A stretch of DNA of 64,000 nucleotides from Candidatus Heimdallarchaeota archaeon (GTDB lineage: Archaea; Asgardarchaeota; Heimdallarchaeia; Heimdallarchaeales; Heimdallarchaeaceae). A program made the position numbers and the translations under genes. Under the pieces are notes generated by a model. That model was not told where the DNA came from and ran no database searches. It saw only the letters and a list, made by a program, of their open reading frames with translations. Each line of letters starts with the position of its first letter. Position 1 is the stretch's first letter. Location of the stretch: assembly GCA_030603365.1 (NCBI GenBank), contig JAUVXV010000003.1:301494-365493 (forward strand), in the 5' to 3' direction. Shown here in pieces: positions 39,300-49,869 of this stretch.

Positions 39300-41495
39300 G
39301 TGAGGTTTTCGTGGTTGCAGAACAATATTGAGCAAGAACTAATACTTATTCGAAATATGATCCATAAAGGATCTTATTCGGATGCGTTCATAGGTCTTGA
39401 TAATATTGAAAAATGGGAAAATGTAACAGCTGAGAATATTATAAATATCAACTTTCTAAGAGCAACAATCTCTTTTGAACTAGGCAAATACCAGGAAGCT
39501 CTTCGTATTGTTACTCAATTAGAGCAACAATGCCAACATCAATCAAATAACAGACGACATCTGGAGTGTTTCATTTTAAAAGCTAATATTCTACTTCATA
39601 TTGGATCATTCAAAGATTCTCTAAATATGGTCATTGAATTAGAAAAAAAATTAGAAGATATTTATGATGATAATTCTATTGAGTATAAGAAGAATAAAAC
39701 GACTCTGTTGAAATTGAAAGGAGTATGTTTTAGAGCAACGGGAGAATTAGATTTAGTTGAAGAGACTCTCTTAAAAGGATTGGAAATTGGCAAGAACATT
39801 GATGACAAATTCGAAATTGCTGATATTCTAGATCGTTTAGCAATGTTCTTGAGCAACAAAGAGAATGAATTTGAACGGGCTCTTGAATATGCTAATGAAA
39901 GTATGTTATTGAGAAGAGAAATTGGAAATGATAATTTTACAGCTCAGACTCTCAATAGACTAGGAATTCTTCATAGATATGGTGGAAAATATGATGAAGC
40001 ATTGACATTCTACCAAGAAGCTTTAGATTTAGTTGCTAAATTTAACAACAAAGATCTTATAGCAATACTTAGAAACAATATAGGTGGGATTAAAGACTCT
40101 TTTGGTAATCTGAATGAAGCACTCGATCATTACGCTGTTGCTTTGAAACTTAGTGAAGAAACTAATAACAAGAATATGATTGCAATTGGATATCATAATA
40201 TTGCTTCTGTTTATAGGAGTAGAGGAGAACTCGATCCAGCTTTAGATAATTTTAAACAAGCTTTAGAATATCTACAGGAACAAGGATACCAGGCTCCAAT
40301 TTCTTCTTGTTTGAATAATATAGGACTAGTTTATTACAATAAAGGAGATTTGAAGAAAGCATCAGAATTCATCGAAAAAAGCATTAAATATTCGGAGGAA
40401 GAAAGTCGGTTCACTGCAGTTGGTTCAAGTCTCTATAATTTAATTAGAATCTCACTTGATGATAATCAATTTGATAAAGCAAAAACATATTTCGATAAAC
40501 TTGAAAAAATAAAGAACCAACTAAATCTGAAAGTTGTCAACCATAGAATGAATATCTCTGAAGCTCTAATCCTTATGATTAGTACTCGATTTCAAAATAG
40601 AGCTAAAGCTGAAACCCTGTTGAAAGAAGTGATAAACGATGAAGTTGTTGATCATGAAGTCACTGAAACTGCATTATTGACACTCTGTGATTTATTGTTA
40701 GATGAGTTAAAAATTACTGGTAGTAAAGAAGTATTAGATGAGCTACATGTCTATGTGACAAAACTTGAAAATATAGCTCGTACTCAGCACTCCTATTTGC
40801 TATTAACCCAAACATATTGGTTGCACTCTCAGCTAGCATTAATTTCAATAAATATGCCTAAAGCTAAGAGTTTACTAACCCAAGCGCAGCTAATCGCAGA
40901 AGAAAAAGAATTACATCGACTAGTGCTTAAAATAAGTAATGAGTATGAAAACTTGTTAACCCAAGCAAAACAATGGTCAAGGCTTAAAGATGAAAATGCA
41001 TCCTTAGACCAACGAATGTCAATGATTCAGATTGATGATCTCATCCAGAGTATGACAAAGAAAAGAGAGATTGAACTAATAGATTTTACACAGGAAGATC
41101 CAATTTATCTAATACTCTTGAGTAAAGATGGTAAATCCATTTTTACAAGAAAATTCCATGCTCTTTCTACTCTAGATGATGCATTGATTGGCGGATTCAT
41201 TGCAGCTGTTAATTCTTTTGCAAAAGAAATTTTTGAAACAACTGGTCATATTGAAAGAATTAAACATCAAGATTATACTCTTATTATCAAAGTAGAAGGA
41301 GATATTCTTTTTACATATGTCTATAAAGGTCAATCATTTGCAGCTCTGAGTAAGTTAACTGATTATGTAGAGAAAGTTTCATCAGTAAAATATCTCTGGA
41401 ATTCTATAACTGAAATATCTAGGTCACCAATAAATCTTGAGCCAGGTTTTAAACTAGAATTAGAACGTAAAGCAGATTCAATTTTCGTTTCATAA
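39300..41495 (+). CDS. TPR-repeat protein with C-terminal longin-like domain
   Basis: ~40-aa TPR repeats (A..LNNIG..Y...G....AL); C-terminal LIGGFIAAVNSFAKEIF...IERIKHQDYTLII. Confidence 0.85.
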   Translation: MRFSWLQNNIEQELILIRNMIHKGSYSDAFIGLDNIEKWENVTAENIININFLRATISFELGKYQEALRIVTQLEQQCQHQSNNRRHLECFILKANILLHIGSFKDSLNMVIELEKKLEDIYDDNSIEYKKNKTTLLKLKGVCFRATGELDLVEETLLKGLEIGKNIDDKFEIADILDRLAMFLSNKENEFERALEYANESMLLRREIGNDNFTAQTLNRLGILHRYGGKYDEALTFYQEALDLVAKFNNKDLIAILRNNIGGIKDSFGNLNEALDHYAVALKLSEETNNKNMIAIGYHNIASVYRSRGELDPALDNFKQALEYLQEQGYQAPISSCLNNIGLVYYNKGDLKKASEFIEKSIKYSEEESRFTAVGSSLYNLIRISLDDNQFDKAKTYFDKLEKIKNQLNLKVVNHRMNISEALILMISTRFQNRAKAETLLKEVINDEVVDHEVTETALLTLCDLLLDELKITGSKEVLDELHVYVTKLENIARTQHSYLLLTQTYWLHSQLALISINMPKAKSLLTQAQLIAEEKELHRLVLKISNEYENLLTQAKQWSRLKDENASLDQRMSMIQIDDLIQSMTKKREIELIDFTQEDPIYLILLSKDGKSIFTRKFHALSTLDDALIGGFIAAVNSFAKEIFETTGHIERIKHQDYTLIIKVEGDILFTYVYKGQSFAALSKLTDYVEKVSSVKYLWNSITEISRSPINLEPGFKLELERKADSIFVS

Positions 41496-41583
41496 GCTAA
41501 AACCTTCAAATATAGATCAATCATTTTGAAAAATCAACAATAATTCGAATAAAACTTATTATTACTAAGAAAATACTATATAT

Positions 41584-43152
41584 ATGATTCCCCAACCTTT
41601 CAATTTAAAAATTGAAGATGGAAAATTCATCTTGAATGTGGAAACTAAGATATTTGCTCCTGATGACTTAATTGCTGTCTCCCAATATTTGAAGACTTTT
41701 ATCAAACTACCAACTGGTTTTGATCTACAAGATACTCAAACAAAATCCGAACAAAACTCAATCAATTTAGAATTAGATGACACTTTAAAAGGTCTTAATC
41801 CAGAGGGTTATGAACTTCGGATTACTCCAAAACTTGTTCTTCTTAGAGCTCCTCAACCTGCTGGAATTTTTTATGGTATTCAAACGTTACGTCAGTTGTT
41901 ACCAGCAGAGATTGAATCTCAAACAAAAGTTCAAGGTTTAGAGTGGGATATACATTGTTTGATTATTGAAGATTCTCCCCGGTTCAAGTGGAGAGGGTTA
42001 ATGTTTGATTCTGGAAGACATTTCTTTAGTGTAGATGTTATAAAAAAATATCTAGATTTGCTTGCTTTATTGAAAATGAATACATTTCATTGGCATCTAA
42101 CTGAGGATCAAGGTTGGAGAATTGAAATCAAGAAATATCCTAAACTAACTGAAATTGGCTCTAAAAGAGAAGATAGTAGGATAGGTGGCTGGATCAGTAA
42201 GAAGACTAGAGGAGAACCACATGAAGGATTTTACACTCAAGATGAAATCAGAGAAGTAATCCAATATGCAGAAGAACGTTTCATTAGAGTTATACCTGAA
42301 ATAGATGTACCAGGACACTCTTCAGCTGCAATTGCAGCTTATCCTGAACTAAGTTGTACAAAAGAGGAAATCAATGTACCAACTAAGTTCGGAATTTTCG
42401 AAGATATCTATTGTGCAGGGCATGATTTCACATATGAATTTATGGAAAATGTTCTGGATGAAGTATTGTCTCTCTTTCCTTCAGAAATAATTCATATTGG
42501 TGGTGATGAGGTTCCAAAAAAGAACTGGAAAAAATGTGAAGTTTGTAAGAAGAAAATGAAGGATGAAAATCTACGAAATCTAGATGAATTACATGATTAC
42601 TTTACAGAACGGATTTCAAAATATATTGTATCAAAGGGTAGACGAGTAATAGGATGGAATGAGATTCTGGATGAAAAGACTGACAAAAACACAATTGGGC
42701 AACATTGGTTGTTAACAGGTAAAAAACAAGTTAGAAAGCATCTAGAAAAGGGCGGGGATATAGTTGTTTCTAATATGTTCAGATATTATCTTGATTATAG
42801 TTATATAATGACTCCGTTAAGAAAAACATACAAATTTGAGCCTATCTCAAGAACAGTAAAAACTGAGAATCAGCAACAGATACTAGGGATAGAATCACCT
42901 ATTTGGACAGAGTGGGTTCCTAATACTGAAAGGTTGGATTGGCAAGTTTTACCTAGATTAGTAGCTGTAGCTGAAACTGGATGGACACAGAAGAGATTAA
43001 AGAATTTCAAGAATTTCAGAAAAAGGATAGAGAATTTTGAAGAAAGACTTAACTCTCTTGAATTTCAATCTGCTTCTTTCAAGGAAGCAAATCCTGGAAA
43101 TCTAAAGAGACTATTCTTCTTAGCAAGAGCTTTCAAATGGCCTGCAATATAG
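41584..43152 (+). CDS. beta-N-acetylhexosaminidase (GH20)
   Basis: DSPRFKWRGLMFDSGRHF, HWHLTEDQGWR, PEIDVPGH, HIGGDE, WTEW. Confidence 0.95.
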   Translation: MIPQPFNLKIEDGKFILNVETKIFAPDDLIAVSQYLKTFIKLPTGFDLQDTQTKSEQNSINLELDDTLKGLNPEGYELRITPKLVLLRAPQPAGIFYGIQTLRQLLPAEIESQTKVQGLEWDIHCLIIEDSPRFKWRGLMFDSGRHFFSVDVIKKYLDLLALLKMNTFHWHLTEDQGWRIEIKKYPKLTEIGSKREDSRIGGWISKKTRGEPHEGFYTQDEIREVIQYAEERFIRVIPEIDVPGHSSAAIAAYPELSCTKEEINVPTKFGIFEDIYCAGHDFTYEFMENVLDEVLSLFPSEIIHIGGDEVPKKNWKKCEVCKKKMKDENLRNLDELHDYFTERISKYIVSKGRRVIGWNEILDEKTDKNTIGQHWLLTGKKQVRKHLEKGGDIVVSNMFRYYLDYSYIMTPLRKTYKFEPISRTVKTENQQQILGIESPIWTEWVPNTERLDWQVLPRLVAVAETGWTQKRLKNFKNFRKRIENFEERLNSLEFQSASFKEANPGNLKRLFFLARAFKWPAI

Positions 43153-43155
43153 TTT

Positions 43156-43323
43156 TATGAAAAAGAAAAATCCGCTACTAAATGATAATTCAATTTTCCT
43201 GAATTCCTTTACAATATCCTCTAAAGTACATGGTTTTTACCCAATTGTAGAGATGGTTAGCCAAGTTTGATTCTTGATTACTTTATCCCATCTTACTTGA
43301 GATGAAGATTTCTTTTCTTTCAT
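43156..43323 (-). pseudogene. short degraded gene fragment
   Basis: ATG 43323 MKEKKSSSQVRWDKVIKNQTWLTISTIG*KPCTLEDIVKEFRKIEL...; protein-like but has an internal TAA and no clear end. Confidence 0.3.
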
Positions 43324-43498
43324 TATTGGAACCATCGGTTAGAAGTGGTAATTTTGTTATTGAATATTTAGCATTTACTCCCAAGACTCTTAAGATACAA
43401 GGAAGGATTGAGGTTATTACAATGATTGGAATGACTAGATAATCCTTATAATAGTTTATGTGTCTAATTATGTGAATAAAAGAAGAGAACGTGATTTG

Positions 43499-45667
43499 AT
43501 GAAAATAAAATACTCAATAATTATACCTACTCTCAGCATATTGCTTATTACTGCAATTGTCGTACCTCTGGTGGTTTTTCTCCCAGACAAAGATTCAAAT
43601 GGATATGTGTCGTCTTATGGAGTATATGATAATTCAGCAGCAAGTCAGTATGTTGGTGAAAACATTTCAACGTATTTCGGTACATATTCACCACAAGATT
43701 TGGATTATAATCCATCAATAATTCCTTCAAAAATCGAATCAGATCTAAGTAATGTTGATTTTCAAGGCTTAAGTATAGATTCAAGTTTGTATGAAACATT
43801 AGCAAACTATGGGTTTGCAATAGTTGATGAAGGATATACTAGCATCTATAAAATATATGAGTGGTTTAAGGCAGATCCCTATTTCATAACAACTGATCTA
43901 TGTCTTCATACATTTCATTGGCTCTATGATGACAGTTTGAAATTATTGGAATTGATGTACCTTTATGAATTATATAAGGATTTAATAACAAATTTAAGAG
44001 CTGACCAGATTAGCTTAAACTCAACAATTACTGAACCTATTGTTCAAGAAGCGCTCAAAAAGAATATTGCATATTTGACAGTCGTACTCTATCTTCTAGA
44101 TAACACCACATCAATACCAAGTGAAGTAGAAAGCATGGTAAATACAGAATTGGCTAACATTGTTGCAGAAACACAAGCTTCTTCAGCAATACTAGAATAT
44201 CAAGAGAATTTTGCCCAGTATAAAGTAAGAGGACATTATACAGGTAATGAGACATTGGAAAGCTATTTTCAAGCATTAATGTATTCAGGAAGAATGGGAT
44301 ATTTAATCTCTGAATCTGCAGTTGAACAAACCCTTATGACACTACTATTATGTTCATCATTTGATAATTCTTCTTTGCAGGATTTATGGTTTCAAATATA
44401 CGAACCAACCACATTCTATGTTGGTCAAACCTTAGATCTTACACCTTTCGAGATGTATAATATTTGGGTAAGTTTTGGGTCTCCACAAAGTGATCAACTA
44501 GCAAATAATACCTTAGTTGAAGAGACAATTTCATTTGCAAGAAATTATGCAATTGAGCGAGAAAATATCCTCAATGTGGAAAGCATTTTTCCCTCTCCAG
44601 AAAGACCAATTACGTTTAAAATTATGGGTCAAAGATTAACACCTGACTATTATACTTTCCAAAATCTTCTTCATCCTATCGTCGATTCTAGAAACTTTCC
44701 GCAAACATTAGATTTCTTTTCAGTATTAGGAAGCATTCGCGCAGAAGGTTTACTACAATCAGAAAATGATACCTATCCTTACTATGGGGAACAAATACTT
44801 AACTTAAGAGATGAATTTGGTAGTCTAGATTCAGAGGTTTGGGTGCAAAATCTGTACTGGATGTGGATTTATACACTATTTCCACTATTACAGACTCCAA
44901 GTGAGGGATATCCTGGATTTATGTTGAATCATGCCTGGATAAATAAAGAGCTCATGACTACCTTGGGTTCTTTTGCTGAACTTAAACATGATAGCTTACT
45001 CTATGGTTATAGTGGATATGTTAGTCCTGCTGTTTTTCCAGATTATGGGTATGTGGAACCTTATCCAGAGATTTATGGACGATTAGTAAGTATGCTAGAG
45101 ATGTTAAAGGATGGTCTTGATGCTAGAGGATTAATTTCTGCTAGATTGAAAGATAGGATTGAAAGGTGTTTAGAAGTCTTTGAATATTTAACAGATATTT
45201 CCATAAAAATTCTTAACAATGAAGAGCTTACTTCAGATGATCTTCAGGATATCCTTTATACAGGGAAAAGATTGTATGAAATTGTCGTTGATATGATTCC
45301 TGGTTCATCATATGTGGATTCTAGCTTGACTCCCATGGCAGTAATTGCTGATATCTCGACTGACGATTTAGTTACTGGACACACTAAGGAAATTGCAGTA
45401 GGAAATCCTTTGGTTATTTACGTCATTGTTCAAGATTATGACGGTAATCTTTACCTAACAAAAGGTGGAACTTACTCATATTACGAATTCACTGTACCAA
45501 AAAATGAAATAATGAATGATGAAGAATGGAGGATGCTTTTAGAGTCTGATCCTCCTGAAATGCCTGATTGGATTCTGGATATAGAAACTGTGCTGATTGA
45601 ATCAAGTAATATATTGTTAACTGTAATCATAAGATCTAAAGAAAAACTTCTCAGATTTTATTCATAA
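43499..45667 (+). CDS. DUF3160-like membrane-anchored protein
   Basis: N-terminal TM; FITTDL.LH.FH, F.QYKVRGHYT, MGQR.TPD, ELKHD.LLY, GYVEPYP, GGTYSYYEF, DEEWR. Confidence 0.85.
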   Translation: MKIKYSIIIPTLSILLITAIVVPLVVFLPDKDSNGYVSSYGVYDNSAASQYVGENISTYFGTYSPQDLDYNPSIIPSKIESDLSNVDFQGLSIDSSLYETLANYGFAIVDEGYTSIYKIYEWFKADPYFITTDLCLHTFHWLYDDSLKLLELMYLYELYKDLITNLRADQISLNSTITEPIVQEALKKNIAYLTVVLYLLDNTTSIPSEVESMVNTELANIVAETQASSAILEYQENFAQYKVRGHYTGNETLESYFQALMYSGRMGYLISESAVEQTLMTLLLCSSFDNSSLQDLWFQIYEPTTFYVGQTLDLTPFEMYNIWVSFGSPQSDQLANNTLVEETISFARNYAIERENILNVESIFPSPERPITFKIMGQRLTPDYYTFQNLLHPIVDSRNFPQTLDFFSVLGSIRAEGLLQSENDTYPYYGEQILNLRDEFGSLDSEVWVQNLYWMWIYTLFPLLQTPSEGYPGFMLNHAWINKELMTTLGSFAELKHDSLLYGYSGYVSPAVFPDYGYVEPYPEIYGRLVSMLEMLKDGLDARGLISARLKDRIERCLEVFEYLTDISIKILNNEELTSDDLQDILYTGKRLYEIVVDMIPGSSYVDSSLTPMAVIADISTDDLVTGHTKEIAVGNPLVIYVIVQDYDGNLYLTKGGTYSYYEFTVPKNEIMNDEEWRMLLESDPPEMPDWILDIETVLIESSNILLTVIIRSKEKLLRFYS

Positions 45668-46215
45668 TTATGTTTATTTTCTTTCCACCAGAGAATCCAA
45701 TTTTTTCTCAATTCATCTCTCTGTTTTTTATCTATTCCACCTACAAATGCCCACAAAGGATTATCAAACATTCTTCTTAGAATTACAATCTGACCAGTAT
45801 GTCCCATAATGTGCAAAGTAATCCGTTTTAACAAATCTGAAAGTTTTTCTTCTATTTCATCATGCGGGATTTCGTCAAATTTCTCCTTTGGAAGTGATTC
45901 TAGTTTCTTGAAAAATGAATCAGAAATCTGCAAGTGTTTATCAATTAAATCTGAAAAAGAGTAAGGGTAAGTTACAACTTTGTTTTTTTCAACCCCGTAA
46001 GCATAATATTCCGATTCTTCCTTTGATAGCGATTTATTTCCAGTATATATCTATAAATACAAATCAAAGTGTGAAACACAATGCCCTATTATCCAAGCAA
46101 TGTGATTTGTGTCTTTTTGGATTTGTATAGTAATTAATTCAGGTAGTATCTCTTTGAATGACATTAAGAAATTTATTTCTGCAGTTTTAAAGGTAGAAAT
46201 TAGAATATCCTTCAT
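45658..46215 (-). pseudogene. DinB/DUF664-like protein interrupted by a single in-frame TAG
   Basis: ATG 46215, NHIAWIIGH, TAG at codon 55 (46051-53), frame continues to HIMGHTGQI and TAA 45658. 185 codons, no frameshift. Confidence 0.8.
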
Positions 46216-46229
46216 GTTCGATCACCTCA

Positions 46230-47324
46230 TTATCTCCAGTCAAAGTAAAATGATTCCACTTTTTCGGGAAATTTTACATCTCTCATGTTGAAAACATCTA
46301 AATTAATTTTCTTCCCGTAGAAAAAGAACTTTGCTTTTTTCAAAGGCTTCATATCAAAATAAGGAAAATATGGGGTTTGTAGACCATACCAACCTCTTTC
46401 ATTAGATGTTTGGCACAAATAGTGTGCTAAATTACTTGCTTCTTTAGTATTCAAACGATGAATATGCACCATATCAAGCCAACCATAAGGAATTTTATTT
46501 CCCATTCCTGCGAGAAGGAATTCCCAAGCAAGCATAAATCCATTTATTCTGCCTTCTTCATCCTCATGAACAACACAATTAACATTTGGATTCTTAAGCA
46601 TCCATTTGAGATCTTCCAATTCAGGAACAATAGACAACTGATTTCTCTTTACTTGCTCTTGGATGATTTCAAACATATCTGGTATATCTTTCTCTTGGAA
46701 TATCCTGATTTGTTCCGAGTTGATAGTTTTAAATTTCTGAAATAATCTGAATACTAGTTTCTCATACCATCTTAATCTAACCACGGTTGCAACTTTATCT
46801 ACATCAAAAGCTTTGATTACAAATTTAGTTAGAGTAATAATTCTTTGGAATGGAATACTCTTCTCTCTAGATACTGCTGTGGATACATCTAATCCATGTT
46901 GTTCAGGCTCATGAAGTGAAAAAGCTCCATCGTAACCTTTTGCATCCCCAATTTCAAATAATTTCTTTCCCATTCCTTTAGCTAAACCCTTTTTCTGATG
47001 ATGAGAATGAACACATAACCACGAAGGGACTGCGAATTTGTATATTTTATCTTCAATAGATAATTTTCGAGGAATTGCACCAATAAAGCCTACAATTTTT
47101 CCAGAAGGCTTGTGAATTGCTCTGACAAATAGATCTCTATCAATAGAAGGCGCTCCATAAATTGTGTGGAAAGTTTCCTCTGAAAAGGTAATTGATGCTC
47201 CCTCTTCTAAAGCAGTCTCGTCGGCAAGAAAAGCACTTGTAATGAGTTTAGCAAGGCTGTCAAAATATTCTTCTTCTAATTTGAATTGTTCAATTAAATA
47301 CTCTGAATCTTCATTATTTGGCAT
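46230..47324 (-). CDS. tandem-GNAT acyltransferase, N-myristoyltransferase-like
   Basis: KIVGFIGAIP...WLCVH..HQKKGLA; second GNAT IR.FQEKDIP...EDLKWML...EDEEGRINGF; KF..G.....FN. Confidence 0.75.
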   Translation of the reverse strand: MPNNEDSEYLIEQFKLEEEYFDSLAKLITSAFLADETALEEGASITFSEETFHTIYGAPSIDRDLFVRAIHKPSGKIVGFIGAIPRKLSIEDKIYKFAVPSWLCVHSHHQKKGLAKGMGKKLFEIGDAKGYDGAFSLHEPEQHGLDVSTAVSREKSIPFQRIITLTKFVIKAFDVDKVATVVRLRWYEKLVFRLFQKFKTINSEQIRIFQEKDIPDMFEIIQEQVKRNQLSIVPELEDLKWMLKNPNVNCVVHEDEEGRINGFMLAWEFLLAGMGNKIPYGWLDMVHIHRLNTKEASNLAHYLCQTSNERGWYGLQTPYFPYFDMKPLKKAKFFFYGKKINLDVFNMRDVKFPEKVESFYFDWR

Positions 47325-47440
47325 TTTTAAACTACCTTTTTTGTATCTCTACTTCTATTAGTGGTTTTTTAGAAATATATAAACTTCATGGGAAGGGAAT
47401 TTGCAAAAGTTAATAATCGGTTGCTACAAAAATTCTAATA

Positions 47441-48583
47441 ATGATAAAAATCAATAAAGTTGTTCTTTTAAGTCGGTGTGTCTTGGTTTTGTTCCTAATA
47501 TTTTCCTTATATGACAATCTGTTCATAGTTTCATCGTTAACACCTTCTGACAGTAATGGTAGTGTATATCTGCAAGAGAATGCACTTCTCTTTAACGAAA
47601 CTGCAGCATATAATCATATTGAATCACAGCTTGATTTCGGATTTCGTGTTCCTGGAACTTCAGATCACTTCAACTGTTCTAAGTGGATAAACGATCAAAT
47701 ATCTATACATGTTGATGAAACAATTCAACATAATTTTACAATCCAAAAAGAAAATCAATCTAGTTACAGTTGTCAAAACATCCTTGGGAAACTGAACACT
47801 GAGAAGGACAACATAGTTATTCTAGCATCTCACTGGGATTCAAGAAACGTTGCAGAGAAAGATTACTTCAATCAAAGTCTCCCAATTCCTGGGGCTAATG
47901 ATGGTGCGTCAGGGGTAGGGGTGTTAATAGAGCTAGCTAGAGTTTTGAAATTGTATCAGGAGTATCTTGATTGTGAAGTTTGGTTTCTTTTCCTAGATGC
48001 AGAGGATCAAGGATATTCTGGAGGAATGTATGGTTTAGAAGGTTGGAACTGGGCTGAAGGAGCAATGAATTTTACAGAGAATATCGATGATTTTTATAAC
48101 TCTCAACAAGAAGAAATTGAATGTTTTATTTTATTGGATATGGTAGGTGGTTTTGATTTAGAGTTCATTCAAGAAAGTAGAACAAATAATGATTTACATA
48201 AAGCTATTTTTGGTCTAGGTCAAAATCTAGGATATTCAGTTGCCTTTCCAGAAAATCCGAAGAAAATGTCTATTACAGATGACCATGTTGCTTTTGATGA
48301 GATTGGGATACCAGTAATCGATTTGACTATTGATTTTATTGCAGGTAATTGGACATTCCATCATACTCATTCAGATAATCTAAGTAATATCGACACTAAA
48401 AACCTTAAAATTACAGGTCAGACTATTGAAGCTTTTATTAAAACATATTATGCAGAAGGAGATAATCTTCAGTGGAATGAAGGATTCTTTTCAAATACGT
48501 TTATTGTTATGTCTGTGATAGTTTTTGTTTTAGTAGCTGTTTTCACAGTAAATTTCTTGAGAACTAAAAGAAGAAAATCCTAG
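47441..48583 (+). CDS. M28 family peptidase / glutaminyl cyclase-like, membrane-anchored
   Basis: SHWDSR, GANDGASG, FLDAED, LLDMVG, DDH, HHTHSD; signal peptide and C-terminal TM. Confidence 0.88.
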   Translation: MIKINKVVLLSRCVLVLFLIFSLYDNLFIVSSLTPSDSNGSVYLQENALLFNETAAYNHIESQLDFGFRVPGTSDHFNCSKWINDQISIHVDETIQHNFTIQKENQSSYSCQNILGKLNTEKDNIVILASHWDSRNVAEKDYFNQSLPIPGANDGASGVGVLIELARVLKLYQEYLDCEVWFLFLDAEDQGYSGGMYGLEGWNWAEGAMNFTENIDDFYNSQQEEIECFILLDMVGGFDLEFIQESRTNNDLHKAIFGLGQNLGYSVAFPENPKKMSITDDHVAFDEIGIPVIDLTIDFIAGNWTFHHTHSDNLSNIDTKNLKITGQTIEAFIKTYYAEGDNLQWNEGFFSNTFIVMSVIVFVLVAVFTVNFLRTKRRKS

Positions 48584-48645
48584 TTGTGTGGAACAACTCA
48601 AATATGATCTGAGTTAGATGACGAACAAATGTGATAATACAACAT

Positions 48646-49800
48646 CTAACTATAGACAGACCAATTATATGCTTTTGATACTGCAAACAAAATTTCAATG
48701 TGTAATAACTCTGCCATTATACCATTAGACATTATCACAAGCCCTTGACCAGTTTTTGGATTTCCTATCATCATACATACTGCTCCAGGTGAGTTGGTTC
48801 CGGGATGTGTAAAGAATAAATCATCCTCTTCTTCAATTAGAAATACTCCTAACCCTTGTCCTGTCCAACCAAAGAATTTTGAAGGGTCTAATTCAGGTTG
48901 AGCTTTAAACATTTCCTTAAGATTTGATTGAGAAATAATTTTACTTGATTTTCCTTGATAGGTTTTCATTATTTCTATAATAAATTTCGCAATGTCTTCT
49001 GGAGTAGATATTAATCCTGCACAACCAAAAGTGCCTTTGACATAACCTGTTTCTTTTACATTTCCATCTTTATCATGTGGTAGAATAATGTCCGTTTCTG
49101 TTGAAACTAAAGGATATTCAGCTAGGCTATTCTTCATTTCTACAGGATTGAAAATGAGTTCCTTCATTATTTCTGATGTTTCTTTCTGCAGAATATCTTG
49201 TAATATTTTTTCAATAACAATGAAAGCAATATTAGAATATTGATGCTCTGAGCCTGGAACTTTATCAATTATAGCAGCATCATTCAAAGCTGGAGCTTCT
49301 CCAGTAAGGACTTGGAGTATGTTTGCAGTTTTTCCTTCTTCGACACCAAACATTGAATCAGGACGATTCATACCAGACATGTGTGTTAGTAGTTGTCTTA
49401 GTGTTACTGGTTTTTCTGTTGTAAATTCGTTATCCGGAATCTTCCAGGATTTTAGATAATTATTAACTGGTTCATCAAGATCTATCAAGTTTTTTTCAAC
49501 TAAGGATAATGCTGCTAAAGCTGTAAACATCTTTGAAGTTGAGCCTGCTTCAAACAAAGTCTTTTTAGTGATTTTTTCCTTTGATTCTTTATCTCTAATG
49601 CCATAGAATTTACTCCATTCTATTTCAAAGTTATTTACGACAGCAATACTAACTCCAGGGACATTATATTTTTCCATCTTTTGCCCAATAATCCCTGTTT
49701 CTTCCCAATTTGGAGTAGGAATACCTTCAACTATACCTGCTCCTGGAAGGTTGTTTACAATTTGTTTTATTCTATCTTGAATATTTTGTTCATCTGGCAA
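48646..49800 (-). CDS. serine hydrolase (class C beta-lactamase / PBP family)
   Basis: FEAGSTSK (SxxK), LLTHMSG, YSN, HPG. Confidence 0.92.
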   Translation of the reverse strand: MPDEQNIQDRIKQIVNNLPGAGIVEGIPTPNWEETGIIGQKMEKYNVPGVSIAVVNNFEIEWSKFYGIRDKESKEKITKKTLFEAGSTSKMFTALAALSLVEKNLIDLDEPVNNYLKSWKIPDNEFTTEKPVTLRQLLTHMSGMNRPDSMFGVEEGKTANILQVLTGEAPALNDAAIIDKVPGSEHQYSNIAFIVIEKILQDILQKETSEIMKELIFNPVEMKNSLAEYPLVSTETDIILPHDKDGNVKETGYVKGTFGCAGLISTPEDIAKFIIEIMKTYQGKSSKIISQSNLKEMFKAQPELDPSKFFGWTGQGLGVFLIEEEDDLFFTHPGTNSPGAVCMMIGNPKTGQGLVIMSNGIMAELLHIEILFAVSKAYNWSVYS

Positions 49801-49869
49801 TACAATTCACTTTGCCAAAGCTTGAGTACTATTTGAACTGTTCCTTTTACTTTGAAGTGCAGCTTGGTT

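Noticed and set aside
21907-43152. N-glycan degradation cluster (glycosylasparaginase-like plus GH20)
   Set aside because: The genes are ~19 kb apart with no linkage, and the asparaginase substrate cannot be assigned from motifs
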